From an uncultured Actinomycetes bacterium (GTDB lineage Bacteria > Actinomycetota > Acidimicrobiia > Spongiisociales > DATADW01): a stretch of DNA of 64,000 nucleotides. Both the position numbers and the translations under genes were made by a program. Of the stretch, positions 9,364 through 18,405 are shown in pieces (position 1 is the first letter of the stretch; every line of letters starts with the position of its first letter). The stretch lies in assembly GCA_963758695.1 (NCBI GenBank), contig CAVWWM010000025.1, positions 937-64,936 of the forward strand. The letters are read 5' to 3'. Below the pieces are notes generated by a model. It made no database searches and was not told where the DNA came from. It saw only the letters and a program-made list of their open reading frames with translations.

Positions 9364-11115
9364 ATGCGCAGGATCGGTTGGGCGTTGGCGTTGATGCTGG
9401 TAGCGGCGGCATGCACCGGCTCGGGGACCGGCGAGACGACCGGTTCGGAGAGCACGGTCGCGACGCCGACCGAGACCACTGCCGCAGCCACCGAGACCAC
9501 TCCCGGGGACACCGAGACGACGACCGACGTCACGGAGACCACGGTGGCAGCCACGGCGACCACTGCCGCCGAAGGCGAGGCGCAACAGGGCGGCAGCCTT
9601 CAGTTGGTGGCACTCAACGACCTGGCCTCGCTCGACAACAGCCAGGCGGTGTCCACCATCGACTACGACATGACGGCCGGCGCTCTTTATGAGGGTCTGT
9701 ACCACTTCAACTCGGCAGGCGAGTTGGAGACGGGGTTAGCCACCGGGCCCCCCGAGATCTCCGACGATGGGCTCGTCTACACGTTCACAATCGAGGAAGG
9801 TGCCATGTTCGCCGGTCCCGACTTCGAGCCACGGGCGGTGACCGCCGACGACGTCGCCTACGGGATGATCCGGGCGCTCGACCCCAACACGGTTCCAGCT
9901 CAGTCCTGGGGTGCGGGCTATTTGTTCCCCATCGAGGGCGCAGAGGCCTTTGCCAATGGCGAGGCCGATGAGGTGTCGGGGATCGAAGTGATCGACGACC
10001 AGACGCTCCAGGTGACGCTCGCCGCCCCAACCACCACGTTCATCTTCGGTCTCACCATTGCCACCAGTTGGCCGGTGCCCCAGGAGGCGGTCGAGGACCG
10101 TGGCGAGGACTTTGCCAGCCAACCGGTGGGAGCCGGCCCGTTCTACCTCCAGGAATGGAACCGCGGCTCGGACGTCACGATCGTGCGCAACCCCGGTTAC
10201 GTGGACCCCGATCTTCCCTACTTGGACGAGATCCGAATCGACCTCGGGGTGGACGAAAACACCCAGGTACTCCGTCTCGAGAACGGAGAGGCAGACGGCG
10301 TGTTCGAGCAGTTCTCGCTGTCGCCCCAGGCAATAAGGCAACTCGAGCAGAGCGACGCCATCACCATCTCCGAGTCGGTCGGACCGCGCATCTTCTACCT
10401 GGCATTGAACAACGACGGGATCTTCGGCTCCAAGGAACTGCGGATGGCGGTGGCGCATGCGCTCAACAAGGACTTCATCGCCCAGTTCGGTGATCTGGCC
10501 AAGCCATGGAACCAGCTGATGTCGTCGACCACCGCCCAGTCCGATCCGGAGGGGACGACGGTATACGAGCACGACCCGGCGGAGGCAGCCCGGCTGGTGG
10601 AGGAGTCCGACTACGACGGGACTCCAGTCAAGATCGTCTACGACGTCTCCGACCCGTACACCTCGGCCAACTCGACCTCGCTGGCGCAGGACCTCGAGGC
10701 GGCCGGCTTCACGGTTGACCTCCAGGGGTTACAGCAGACCGAGTTCTTCACCGCGATCTACGACCCGGCGCTGTACGACATCTCGTCGACCTACTGGAGC
10801 GCCGACTACCCCGACGCCCAGGACTACATCTCGACGAACTTCATCTGCGGCACCATCGACATCCTCAACATCTCCCGCTTCTGCGACGAGTCGATCGACG
10901 AGGAGTTCTTCGCCACCGAGTCGATGGAGTTCGGCCCGGAGCGTGATGCCGCCCTGCTCGACGTGCAGCAGCGGCTCATCGACGAGGTCGCCGGGGTTCC
11001 GGTGATGGAGGTGACGCCCCGGGTACTCCAGGGTGCCGGGGTTGGCGAGATCCCCACGTTGGCCACCTATGCACCTTTCGACTGGAAGCGTGCCTGGGTC
11101 CAAGCCGAAGGCTGA
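9364..11115 (+). CDS. ABC transporter substrate-binding lipoprotein, peptide/nickel (family 5) type
   Basis: Lipobox MRRIGWALALMLVAAAC, a Thr/Glu-rich linker, then a ~520-aa family-5 SBP-like body. It is followed by the cognate ATPase and permeases. Confidence 0.8.
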   Translation: MRRIGWALALMLVAAACTGSGTGETTGSESTVATPTETTAAATETTPGDTETTTDVTETTVAATATTAAEGEAQQGGSLQLVALNDLASLDNSQAVSTIDYDMTAGALYEGLYHFNSAGELETGLATGPPEISDDGLVYTFTIEEGAMFAGPDFEPRAVTADDVAYGMIRALDPNTVPAQSWGAGYLFPIEGAEAFANGEADEVSGIEVIDDQTLQVTLAAPTTTFIFGLTIATSWPVPQEAVEDRGEDFASQPVGAGPFYLQEWNRGSDVTIVRNPGYVDPDLPYLDEIRIDLGVDENTQVLRLENGEADGVFEQFSLSPQAIRQLEQSDAITISESVGPRIFYLALNNDGIFGSKELRMAVAHALNKDFIAQFGDLAKPWNQLMSSTTAQSDPEGTTVYEHDPAEAARLVEESDYDGTPVKIVYDVSDPYTSANSTSLAQDLEAAGFTVDLQGLQQTEFFTAIYDPALYDISSTYWSADYPDAQDYISTNFICGTIDILNISRFCDESIDEEFFATESMEFGPERDAALLDVQQRLIDEVAGVPVMEVTPRVLQGAGVGEIPTLATYAPFDWKRAWVQAEG

Positions 11116-12076
11116 GCCGGCGCCGCTCCTCGAGATCGACGGGCTGAGGGTCACCACCTCGTCGGGCGAGGTTCTCAGGGGGGTGGACCTCGCCCTCGAT
11201 CGCGGTGAGATCGTCGGGGTCGTCGGAGAATCAGGATCCGGGAAGACCACCCTCGGGTTGGCGGTCATGGGGCTTCTCGGGTCGGGCCGGCAGGTGGTTG
11301 GGGGCGAGATCCGGCTCGATGGTGAGGTCGTCGTCGCCCCCGGGGTGGACCGCACCGAGCCCCTCCGCGGGACCCGCATCGGGTACGTCCCCCAAGACCC
11401 GTTCACCTCCTTTGACCCGCTGCAGCGGGTGGGGGCCCAGATCGGCCGAAGCCTGCAACTCCATCGTGGGATGAGTCGGGCTGAGGCGACGGCTCGGGCG
11501 GTCGAGATGCTGGGTGCCCTTGGGATCCGCCGCCCCGACGAGGTCGCAGCCGGCTACCCACATCAGCTCTCTGGTGGGATGCTGCAGCGCGCGGTCGTGG
11601 TGGCTGCGGTCCTCGCCGAGCCCGAACTGCTCATCGCCGACGAGCCCACTACCGCTCTCGACACGATCGTGCGGGTCCGGGTGGCGGCGGAGCTGGTCAG
11701 GCTCGTCCGCCAGTTGGGGATTGCCATGGTGGTGGTCACCCATGAATTGGCTCTGCTGCGACGCGCCGCCGACCGGATGGCGGTGATGTATGCGGGGAGC
11801 GTCGTCGAGTTCGGGCCGATCGGGTCGCTGCTCGATCAGCCGCACCACCATTATTTGGCGGGACTGCTTCGAGCGAGCACCTCGCTCCACGGGCCGTTGG
11901 GGCGACTGACCGCTATCGAGGGCCACCCCCCTGCCCTCCCCGGTCCGCTGCTCCCCTGCGCGTTCGCCCCACGATGCCCGCGGGCAGACCATGTCTGTTT
12001 GGAGGAGCGTCCCGGCTATGTCTGGCCGGCTGAGGAGGGGTACGCCTGCCACCACCCGCTGGGTGAGGCATCGTGA
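11069..12076 (+). CDS. ABC transporter ATP-binding protein (DppD/OppD-like)
   Basis: Walker [10 protein letters not shown], signature LSGGMLQR, Walker B LLIADEPTTALD, and a C-terminal oligopeptide-type extension with Cys residues. The start is uncertain (ATG 11069 or GTG 11090). Confidence 0.85.
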   Translation: MHLSTGSVPGSKPKAEPAPLLEIDGLRVTTSSGEVLRGVDLALDRGEIVGVVGESGSGKTTLGLAVMGLLGSGRQVVGGEIRLDGEVVVAPGVDRTEPLRGTRIGYVPQDPFTSFDPLQRVGAQIGRSLQLHRGMSRAEATARAVEMLGALGIRRPDEVAAGYPHQLSGGMLQRAVVVAAVLAEPELLIADEPTTALDTIVRVRVAAELVRLVRQLGIAMVVVTHELALLRRAADRMAVMYAGSVVEFGPIGSLLDQPHHHYLAGLLRASTSLHGPLGRLTAIEGHPPALPGPLLPCAFAPRCPRADHVCLEERPGYVWPAEEGYACHHPLGEAS

Positions 12077-12921
12077 TCCCCCAGCCGCTCTCCCTTGACA
12101 GACCCTCTCGTCGCCCCGCCCTGGTGGCGGGGTGCCTCATCGTCGGTCTGGTGGCCGTGGTGACGATCGCGGCCCCGCTGCTCACCCCCTACGACCCCAC
12201 GTTCGAGACCATCGAGGGCCTCGCCCCTGACGGTGGGCCGTTGGATGCTGGGGCACCCGGCCACATCCTCGGCACCGACCCAAAGGGCCGCGACCTCTTC
12301 TCACGCATCATCTATGGGGGCCGGGTCACCTTTGTGGCCGCACTGGCCGCGGTGGGAATCGCCACGGTGGTTGGTCTCGCCATCGGTCTCACAGCGTCGG
12401 GTGCGCCCAACAGGCTCGGTGGAGCGCTGATGCGGGTGACCGACATCGGGCTGGCCATACCCGGGCTCCTACTAGCCGCGGCGATCGCCGCCGTGCTCGG
12501 TCGGGGACTGATTTCGCTGATCGTGGGGCTGGCAGGCGTGTTCTGGGCCCCGTTGGCGCGGGTCACATATGGCCAAGCGGTGGTCACCCGGAACCTCCCC
12601 TTCATCGACGCCTCAAAGGTCCTCGGTGCAACGCCGCGCTTCACCCTGGTTCGCCACGTGCTGCCTCACGTCCTCCCGGTGGTGGCCGCCTACGCCGCCC
12701 TTTCGGTGGGGTGGGCGGTCCTCTTCGAGAGCTCGCTCGGGTTCTTGGGAGCCGGGGTACAGGAGCCCACGCCGAGCATCGGCAACCTCCTCGGCTGCTG
12801 CCTGGTCTACTACCGGGACCACCCCGGGCTGATCCTGTTCCCGGCGATCTACCTGGGGTTGATGGTCGCCGGGGCCAACCTGCTCGGGGAGGCGCTCCGC
12901 CTCCCACCCGAGGCAGATTGA
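12073..12921 (+). CDS. ABC transporter permease (DppC/OppC-like)
   Basis: GTGA overlap with the upstream stop. Multi-TM protein containing a short conserved cytoplasmic-loop segment (VTRNLPFIDASKVLGATP). Confidence 0.85.
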   Translation: MIPQPLSLDRPSRRPALVAGCLIVGLVAVVTIAAPLLTPYDPTFETIEGLAPDGGPLDAGAPGHILGTDPKGRDLFSRIIYGGRVTFVAALAAVGIATVVGLAIGLTASGAPNRLGGALMRVTDIGLAIPGLLLAAAIAAVLGRGLISLIVGLAGVFWAPLARVTYGQAVVTRNLPFIDASKVLGATPRFTLVRHVLPHVLPVVAAYAALSVGWAVLFESSLGFLGAGVQEPTPSIGNLLGCCLVYYRDHPGLILFPAIYLGLMVAGANLLGEALRLPPEAD

Positions 12922-13844
12922 TGAGAAGGTATCTGCTTCGCAGGCTGGGATCGACCCTGATCACGCTGGCGCTGATCATCACGGCCGGTTTTCTATTGGT
13001 CGAGTTGATTCCGGGAGACCCGGCACCGAGCCTGGCCGGCCCGGGTGCATCCGAGCAGACGCTGGACCAGATCCGACAGGCCTACGAGTTCGACCAGCCC
13101 TTTCTGACCCGGTTCACCACCACCTTCACCCGGCTCGCCCAGGGTGATCTGGGATTCAGCTTCTCCCGCGGCGAGCCGGTGACCGAGGTCCTGATCCGGT
13201 CGCTGCCACCCACGCTGCTGTTGACCACGCTCTCCTTTCTGGTGGAGGTCGCCATCGGCATCCCGCTCGCCTTGTGGGTGATCAGCAGGCGGGGACGTTG
13301 GGCCGACCGGATGCTGGTCGCGGCTGCCGGTGCGACCAGCGCGATCCCCGCCTTCCTCGTCGGGCTGATCTTCATCTATCTGTTCGCCTTCGTCCTCGGA
13401 TGGTTCCCTCTCGGCGGGGGCGGTTCCATCTCCGGGTACGTCCTCCCGGTGTTTGCTGTTGGGATCCCATTTGGACTGGTGCTCGCCAGGCTGCTCCGCA
13501 ACACCTTGCTCGAGGAAGTCGACGAGGCCTATGTCGTCTTCGCCGCCGGCCGGGGCGAGCGCCGCCGGTCGATCAGGGTGCGCCACCTGTTGCCAAACGC
13601 CCTGCTCCCACTCTTCTCGGTGCTGGCACTCGACTTCGCCGGCCTCTTCTCCAGCGTGGCCGTGGTCGAGGCTGTGTTCTCGATGCCTGGACTCGGAGCC
13701 GACCTTCTCACCTCGCTCCGCCGACTCGACACCGCCCTCATCATCGGCATCGGTCTCGCCAGTGGACTGGTCGTCGCCGTGGTCAATCTCATCGCCGACG
13801 TGGCCGTGGTCGTGGTGGATCCCCGAGCCCGGGAACGCGTGTAG
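12921..13844 (+). CDS. ABC transporter permease (DppB/OppB-like)
   Basis: ATG overlaps the upstream TGA by 1 nt. The N-terminus MRRYLLRRLGSTLITLALI..ELIPGDPA is typical of DppB/OppB permeases. Confidence 0.85.
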   Translation: MRRYLLRRLGSTLITLALIITAGFLLVELIPGDPAPSLAGPGASEQTLDQIRQAYEFDQPFLTRFTTTFTRLAQGDLGFSFSRGEPVTEVLIRSLPPTLLLTTLSFLVEVAIGIPLALWVISRRGRWADRMLVAAAGATSAIPAFLVGLIFIYLFAFVLGWFPLGGGGSISGYVLPVFAVGIPFGLVLARLLRNTLLEEVDEAYVVFAAGRGERRRSIRVRHLLPNALLPLFSVLALDFAGLFSSVAVVEAVFSMPGLGADLLTSLRRLDTALIIGIGLASGLVVAVVNLIADVAVVVVDPRARERV

Positions 13845-13850
13845 TCAATG

Positions 13851-13905
13851 CCTCCCCCGGTGAGGGGACGAGGCTGCCGTCTGCCGGTGGGCTGCCGTCT
13901 GCCGT
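13851..13905. repeat. short hairpin (TCCCC-GGTGA-GGGGA) plus CTGCCGK heptamer array
   Basis: CTGCCGT 13874..13880, CTGCCGG 13881..13887, a 4-nt break, then CTGCCGT x2 at 13892..13905. It lies between convergent stops at 13844 and 13911. Confidence 0.8.
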
Positions 13906-13910
13906 CTGGA

Positions 13911-14855
13911 TCACCCTGGAAAGAAGCAGGCCACCGGATGACTCTGGCCGCGCTCGACCAGCGCCGGGCGCTCTGTTGCGCAGATGTCGGCGGCGCGTGG
14001 GCAGCGATCCCGGTATAGACAGGCGTCCCCGTAGGGAACCTCGCCTTCTTCGGCACCGGGGACCGCAGGCTCCGCCGGGTCGAGTGGATCGATGGCGGCA
14101 GCCGCCGCCAGCAGCGCTTCGGTGTACGGGTGCGCCGGGTGGTCGAAGATCTGGTCACGGGTTCCGGTCTCGACCACCCTCCCCCGGTGCATCACCGAGA
14201 CCCGGTTGGCGACGTGCCGGACCATCGCCAGGTCGTGGGCGACGAGCACATAGCTCAGCCCCAACTCCTCCTGGAGGTCGAGGAGGAGGTTGAGGATCTG
14301 GGCCTGGACAGAGAGGTCGAGCGACGAGACCGGTTCGTCGCAGACGATCAACGATGGCTCCAGCGCCAGAGCACGGGCGATCCCGATCCGCTGCCGCTGG
14401 CCCCCGGAGAACTTCGCCGGGAGCCGCCCCCCCAGCGCCGGATCGACCCCCACCTTGGCCAGCAACTCCTCGGCCCGTGCCCTGCGGTCCTCTGGCCGGT
14501 GGACACGGTGGACGTCCCACGGCTCGGCGACGCTCCGCCACACCGGTTGTCGGGGATCGAGCGACGAGTAGGGATCCTGGAAGATCATCTGGAGGTGGCG
14601 CCGTGCCCGGCGCATCTCGCCAGGCGCCAACGAGTTCAGGTCTTGGCCGCGGAACCTGGTGGAACCCGAATCGGGCTCGAGCAGCCGGACCAGCAGCCTC
14701 CCGGTGGTCGTCTTCCCCGACCCGGACTCACCCACAAGAGCGTGGGTCTCCGCCTCTCCTACCACGAGATCCACCTCGTCCACCGCGAGCACCGACGTGC
14801 CGTTCGGCCCCGGGAACCGCTTCACCAACCCGGTCGCTTCGAGGATCGCGCCCAT
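13911..14855 (-). CDS. ABC transporter ATP-binding protein (DppF/OppF-like), encoded convergently to the rest of the transporter
   Basis: Walker [10 protein letters not shown], signature FSGGQRQR, Walker [13 protein letters not shown], and the C-terminal tail HPYTEALL. Start is ATG 14855 ([14 protein letters not shown]). Confidence 0.85.
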   Translation of the reverse strand: MGAILEATGLVKRFPGPNGTSVLAVDEVDLVVGEAETHALVGESGSGKTTTGRLLVRLLEPDSGSTRFRGQDLNSLAPGEMRRARRHLQMIFQDPYSSLDPRQPVWRSVAEPWDVHRVHRPEDRRARAEELLAKVGVDPALGGRLPAKFSGGQRQRIGIARALALEPSLIVCDEPVSSLDLSVQAQILNLLLDLQEELGLSYVLVAHDLAMVRHVANRVSVMHRGRVVETGTRDQIFDHPAHPYTEALLAAAAAIDPLDPAEPAVPGAEEGEVPYGDACLYRDRCPRAADICATERPALVERGQSHPVACFFPG

Positions 14856-14918
14856 CCCTGCAGGATGGCAGAAGCCGATGAGCTGCCATCGCCAGCGCCA
14901 AGCCCTCCTCAACGATCC

Positions 14919-15117
14919 CTCCCCCCGGCGGGGGGAGTACCCGACGCCGTAGGCGTCGGGGGAGGGGGGAATGGTCGACTCCCAAATGTGCGAACGGCGC
15001 GTATCAAGCACCGCTGGGAGGTCGCCAGCCCCCCTACCCGCTGCTCCGCAGCGGGGCCCTTCCCCCCTGCGGGGGAACGGACTGATTTGCTTCCGACTTC
15101 CGTCTTCCGACTTCCAT
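14919..15117. repeat. composite palindromic intergenic element, full copy
   Basis: Module A (reverse) 14919..14970, centre 14971..15028, module B 15029..15076, (CTTCCGN)x4 15090..15117. The array ends 4 nt before the stop at 15122. Confidence 0.85.
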
Positions 15118-15121
15118 CTGG

Positions 15122-16405
15122 CTAGAGCCCGAAGTGCTCGCTCTGCTCGCGGCGGAGTTGATCGACCAGACGATCCGGTGGCAGTGCGACATCGTCGATC
15201 GTGAGCATCGTGTCGGCGGCGACGGGGCGGGTGACCCGGGCGCCGGCGGTCAGGCCCATGGCGAGAGCTTTCTCCGCCTGGGCGACCTCGATGTTGTCGA
15301 TCATCCCGTAGACGGTGAACCCACCGATTCCGTCCAATTCGTCGCCCGGTTCGAGGTCTCGCTTTGCCACCGTCACAACCTCGCATGTGGGAGGGCCGGC
15401 GGGGGCGATTGTGGCGTCGTCGAAGAGCACGGCCCTGGCCACCGAGAGCGGTGCCTCGAGGTGGGTGAGGTGGAAGGGCCGATAGAAGAGGTAGAGCGGC
15501 CCGTCGCCCATCTTGAAATATGACATGTATGGGGAGAGGATCGGGTCGTCGTTGTATCCGATCACGAAGGCGCCTGAGCCGGGCTCGGCGCCGAGTACGA
15601 ACTCGACGATTCCCTGGTCGAGCAGTTCCTTGGGCTCGAGCATGGGCAGGAGGTCGCGCACGTGGTCGAGCTTGGGGCCTTCCATCCCCCGTTGCTTGAC
15701 CTTGAACCCGGTGGCATTGGCCAGGACGGCCGCCTCGAGCGACAGCTTTGTCCCGTCTGCAAACGACGTGACCATGATCGGGCGCTGGCCATGGGCGTCG
15801 GCGAAGCCGCGCTGTGTGTCTGGGGTGCGGTGGTGGTCGAGGAAGCCCTTGACGTTTCCTGCGAGCACCGGCCGGTACCCGATGGCGTCGACGAACCGGA
15901 ACAGGTTCATCGCCACACCCGGCTCGTCGCCATCGGAGTTGGTGATGACGACCCCGGCCCGGTCGGCGCGCACCTTGAGGATCGGTCCCACCGTTGCGTC
16001 TAGCTCGGCGTTGACCAGCAGCACGTGCTTTCCCCGGTCGATCGCCTCGACGACGACCCGAGCTGCCCCCTCGACCTCACCGGTGCACTCGATGATCGCC
16101 TCGATGCCGGCCGCTCTGGCGACGAGCATCGGGTCGCCGGTGATGGCCCGTCCACCGGCGGCGACGGTCCGGTCCATCGTCTCCTGGTCGGAAGCGAGCA
16201 CCGCCGAGTCAAACCCCGCGTCGGCGAAAGCCTGGTCGGCGTTCTCCACCGTCCGGTTGGCGATTGCGACGAGATCGATGCCAGTCATCGTCTCCATCGC
16301 CCGAGCCATACCTCGGCCCATGTATCCGGCACCCACCATCCCCACCTTGATGGGGCGCCCCTCCTGTTGGCGCCTCTCCAGCGCTCTATCAACGATCTGC
16401 ATCAT
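15122..16405 (-). CDS. NAD(P)-binding oxidoreductase with a C-terminal SAF-like domain (homoserine-dehydrogenase-like, COG4091-type)
   Basis: Rossmann N-terminus KVGMVGAGYMGRG and a long conserved body (NSDGDEPG, GAEPGSGAFV). ATGA overlap with the upstream gene. The family call is from memory of this architecture. Confidence 0.6.
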   Translation of the reverse strand: MMQIVDRALERRQQEGRPIKVGMVGAGYMGRGMARAMETMTGIDLVAIANRTVENADQAFADAGFDSAVLASDQETMDRTVAAGGRAITGDPMLVARAAGIEAIIECTGEVEGAARVVVEAIDRGKHVLLVNAELDATVGPILKVRADRAGVVITNSDGDEPGVAMNLFRFVDAIGYRPVLAGNVKGFLDHHRTPDTQRGFADAHGQRPIMVTSFADGTKLSLEAAVLANATGFKVKQRGMEGPKLDHVRDLLPMLEPKELLDQGIVEFVLGAEPGSGAFVIGYNDDPILSPYMSYFKMGDGPLYLFYRPFHLTHLEAPLSVARAVLFDDATIAPAGPPTCEVVTVAKRDLEPGDELDGIGGFTVYGMIDNIEVAQAEKALAMGLTAGARVTRPVAADTMLTIDDVALPPDRLVDQLRREQSEHFGL

Positions 16406-16947
16406 GCCTCCTTGGGAGCAGGCTCCCACAGGGGCCAGCTCCGATCCTGATAACTGATTACCGACACCGGCAGCGGCCAGGTGAGCCCGAAGGCGGGGTC
16501 ATCGGGGCCTGCCCCGGTGGCGGCCTCCTTGACAAAGGGGGTCGATGTGAAATAGGTGATCTCACTCTCGTCCTCCAGGGTCTGGTAGCCGTGGGCGCAT
16601 CCCTCCGGGATCCACAGTGCGGAACGGTTTTCGGCGGTGAGCTCTGCTCCGACCGACTGCAGGTAGGTGGGCGATTCGGGGCGCAGGTCGAGAGCTACGT
16701 CCCACACCGCTCCCAACGTGCACCGCACCAGCTTCACTTCGGCGTGCGGCGCCCGCTGATAGTGCATGCCACGGAGGGTTCCCGCCTTGATACTGAACCC
16801 GACGTTGGCCTGAACCCACGAAGCCTCGAGCCCTTCGGCAGCGAACTCGGCCCCGTCCCAGCTGCGGGCGAAGAAGCCCCGGTCGTCGCTGATCCGGTCA
16901 ACCTCGACCAGCACAACGCCATCGACGTCGGTTGGGGTGAACCTCAC
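16402..16947 (-). CDS. dTDP-4-dehydrorhamnose 3,5-epimerase-like cupin (RmlC family)
   Basis: DDRGFFARSW, GTLRGMHYQ, KLVRCTLGAVWDVALDLR, LWIPEGCAHGY. GTG start with a GTGA overlap onto the ugd stop. Confidence 0.8.
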   Translation of the reverse strand: MRFTPTDVDGVVLVEVDRISDDRGFFARSWDGAEFAAEGLEASWVQANVGFSIKAGTLRGMHYQRAPHAEVKLVRCTLGAVWDVALDLRPESPTYLQSVGAELTAENRSALWIPEGCAHGYQTLEDESEITYFTSTPFVKEAATGAGPDDPAFGLTWPLPVSVISYQDRSWPLWEPAPKEA

Positions 16948-18266
16948 CGGCCGATCCCTCGATAGCGCGAGACCGAATCGGGGTCCAGCATCCGTCGCCC
17001 GTCGACCACAAGCGGGGCAGGCTCGCCCACCATGCCGGGTAGGTCGAGGTAGTCCTTCCACCGGGTCACGATCACCACGGCATCGGCTCCCTTGACCGCC
17101 GTCTCCAGATCGTGCGTGTGCTCCACGCCGGGATAGTCGGCGATCGCAGCGGGACCGACCACCGGGTCGTGGACGGTGACATCGGCCCCGGCTTCGAGCA
17201 GCAGGCGGAGGACGGGGAATGCAGGCGATTCCCTGATGTCGTCGGTGTCGGGCTTGAAGGCGAGGCCGAGCACGGTGACCTTCCGCCCCTCCAGCCCATC
17301 GAGATCGTCGGCCACCATGTCGACCAACCGGTCGGCTCGCTGCCGGTTGACGGCGGCGACCGCGGTCAACAGCGGCACCGGAAGACCCGCCGACCTGCCA
17401 CGTGACGTCAGAGCGGCAACGTCCTTGGGGAGACAACTGCCCCCATACCCGCAACCGGCCTCAAGATAGGGGGCCAGACCAGCACGAACCCGTTCGCCGT
17501 TGGGAAGAGCCGTGGTCAGATAGCGCGAGGCGTGTACCCCCGCCATCACCTCGGCAACGTCGACATCCCCGATGGCCGAGCCCAGGTCGGCGATCTCGTT
17601 GGCGAAGGAGATGGCAGTGGCGAGAAGTGCGTTCGAGGCGTACTTGATCATCTCGGCGTTGCGCGTCGAGGTGGCGATGACGGGCACCCCGGCGAACGGG
17701 GCGTAGAGACGGCGAAGCACCTCGACGGTGCCGGCGTCACCTCCGATGACGATGCGATCGGGTCGGAGGAAGTCATCCACCGCCTGTCCCTCGGTGAGGA
17801 ACTCGGGGTTGACGCCAACCCCGATGTCCACCCCGACCGACCTCCCCGAGGCCCCTTCCACTGCCGGAATGACAACCGCGTCTGTGCTTCCCGGCACGAC
17901 CGTGCTTTTCACCACCACGGCGTGGAATCGCGTCTCCCCCGCCAGGGCCCCACCCACTTGGCGAGCGGCTCGCTCCACAAAGGAGAGATCGATGCTCCCG
18001 TCGGGGCGCGACGGGGTGCCGACGCATATCAGTGTCAGATCGGCGGCGCCGACCGCCGAGGCGAGATCGGCGGTGGCGTGAATCTTCTCGGAGTTGGCGG
18101 TGAGGAGCTCATCCAGCCCCGGTTCGTGGATCGGGGCTTCGCCGCGTTCCACCAAGGCGACCCGCGCCGGGTCGATGTCCACGCAGGTCACTTCGTGTCC
18201 CATTGCCGCAAGTCCGGCGGCGCTAACCAGGCCCACGTACCCCGTGCCGATGACTGCGACCTTCAT
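16944..18266 (-). CDS. ugd: UDP-glucose/GDP-mannose 6-dehydrogenase family (UDP-glucose 6-dehydrogenase likely)
   Basis: MKVAVIGTGYVGLVSAAGLA, catalytic-Cys block GGSCLPKD, 440 aa. Confidence 0.85.
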   Translation of the reverse strand: MKVAVIGTGYVGLVSAAGLAAMGHEVTCVDIDPARVALVERGEAPIHEPGLDELLTANSEKIHATADLASAVGAADLTLICVGTPSRPDGSIDLSFVERAARQVGGALAGETRFHAVVVKSTVVPGSTDAVVIPAVEGASGRSVGVDIGVGVNPEFLTEGQAVDDFLRPDRIVIGGDAGTVEVLRRLYAPFAGVPVIATSTRNAEMIKYASNALLATAISFANEIADLGSAIGDVDVAEVMAGVHASRYLTTALPNGERVRAGLAPYLEAGCGYGGSCLPKDVAALTSRGRSAGLPVPLLTAVAAVNRQRADRLVDMVADDLDGLEGRKVTVLGLAFKPDTDDIRESPAFPVLRLLLEAGADVTVHDPVVGPAAIADYPGVEHTHDLETAVKGADAVVIVTRWKDYLDLPGMVGEPAPLVVDGRRMLDPDSVSRYRGIGR

Positions 18267-18289
18267 CGCGGTGCCCCGTCCATCGAGAA

Positions 18290-18400
18290 TCGTTGGGAGT
18301 CAGCCAGCCCCCCTACCCGCTGCTTCGCAGCAGGGCCCTTCCCCCCTACGGGGGGACGGAGTTGAAGTGGCGCTTCCGTCTTCCGTCTTCCGTCTTCCGT
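18290..18400. repeat. partial composite element inside an operon
   Basis: Tail of the centre (CGTTGGGAGTCAGCCAG), module B 18308..18357, (CTTCCGT)x4 18373..18400. It occupies the 139-nt gap between the co-directional UXS-like stop (18406) and the ugd start (18266). Confidence 0.85.
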
Positions 18401-18405
18401 CTGGT

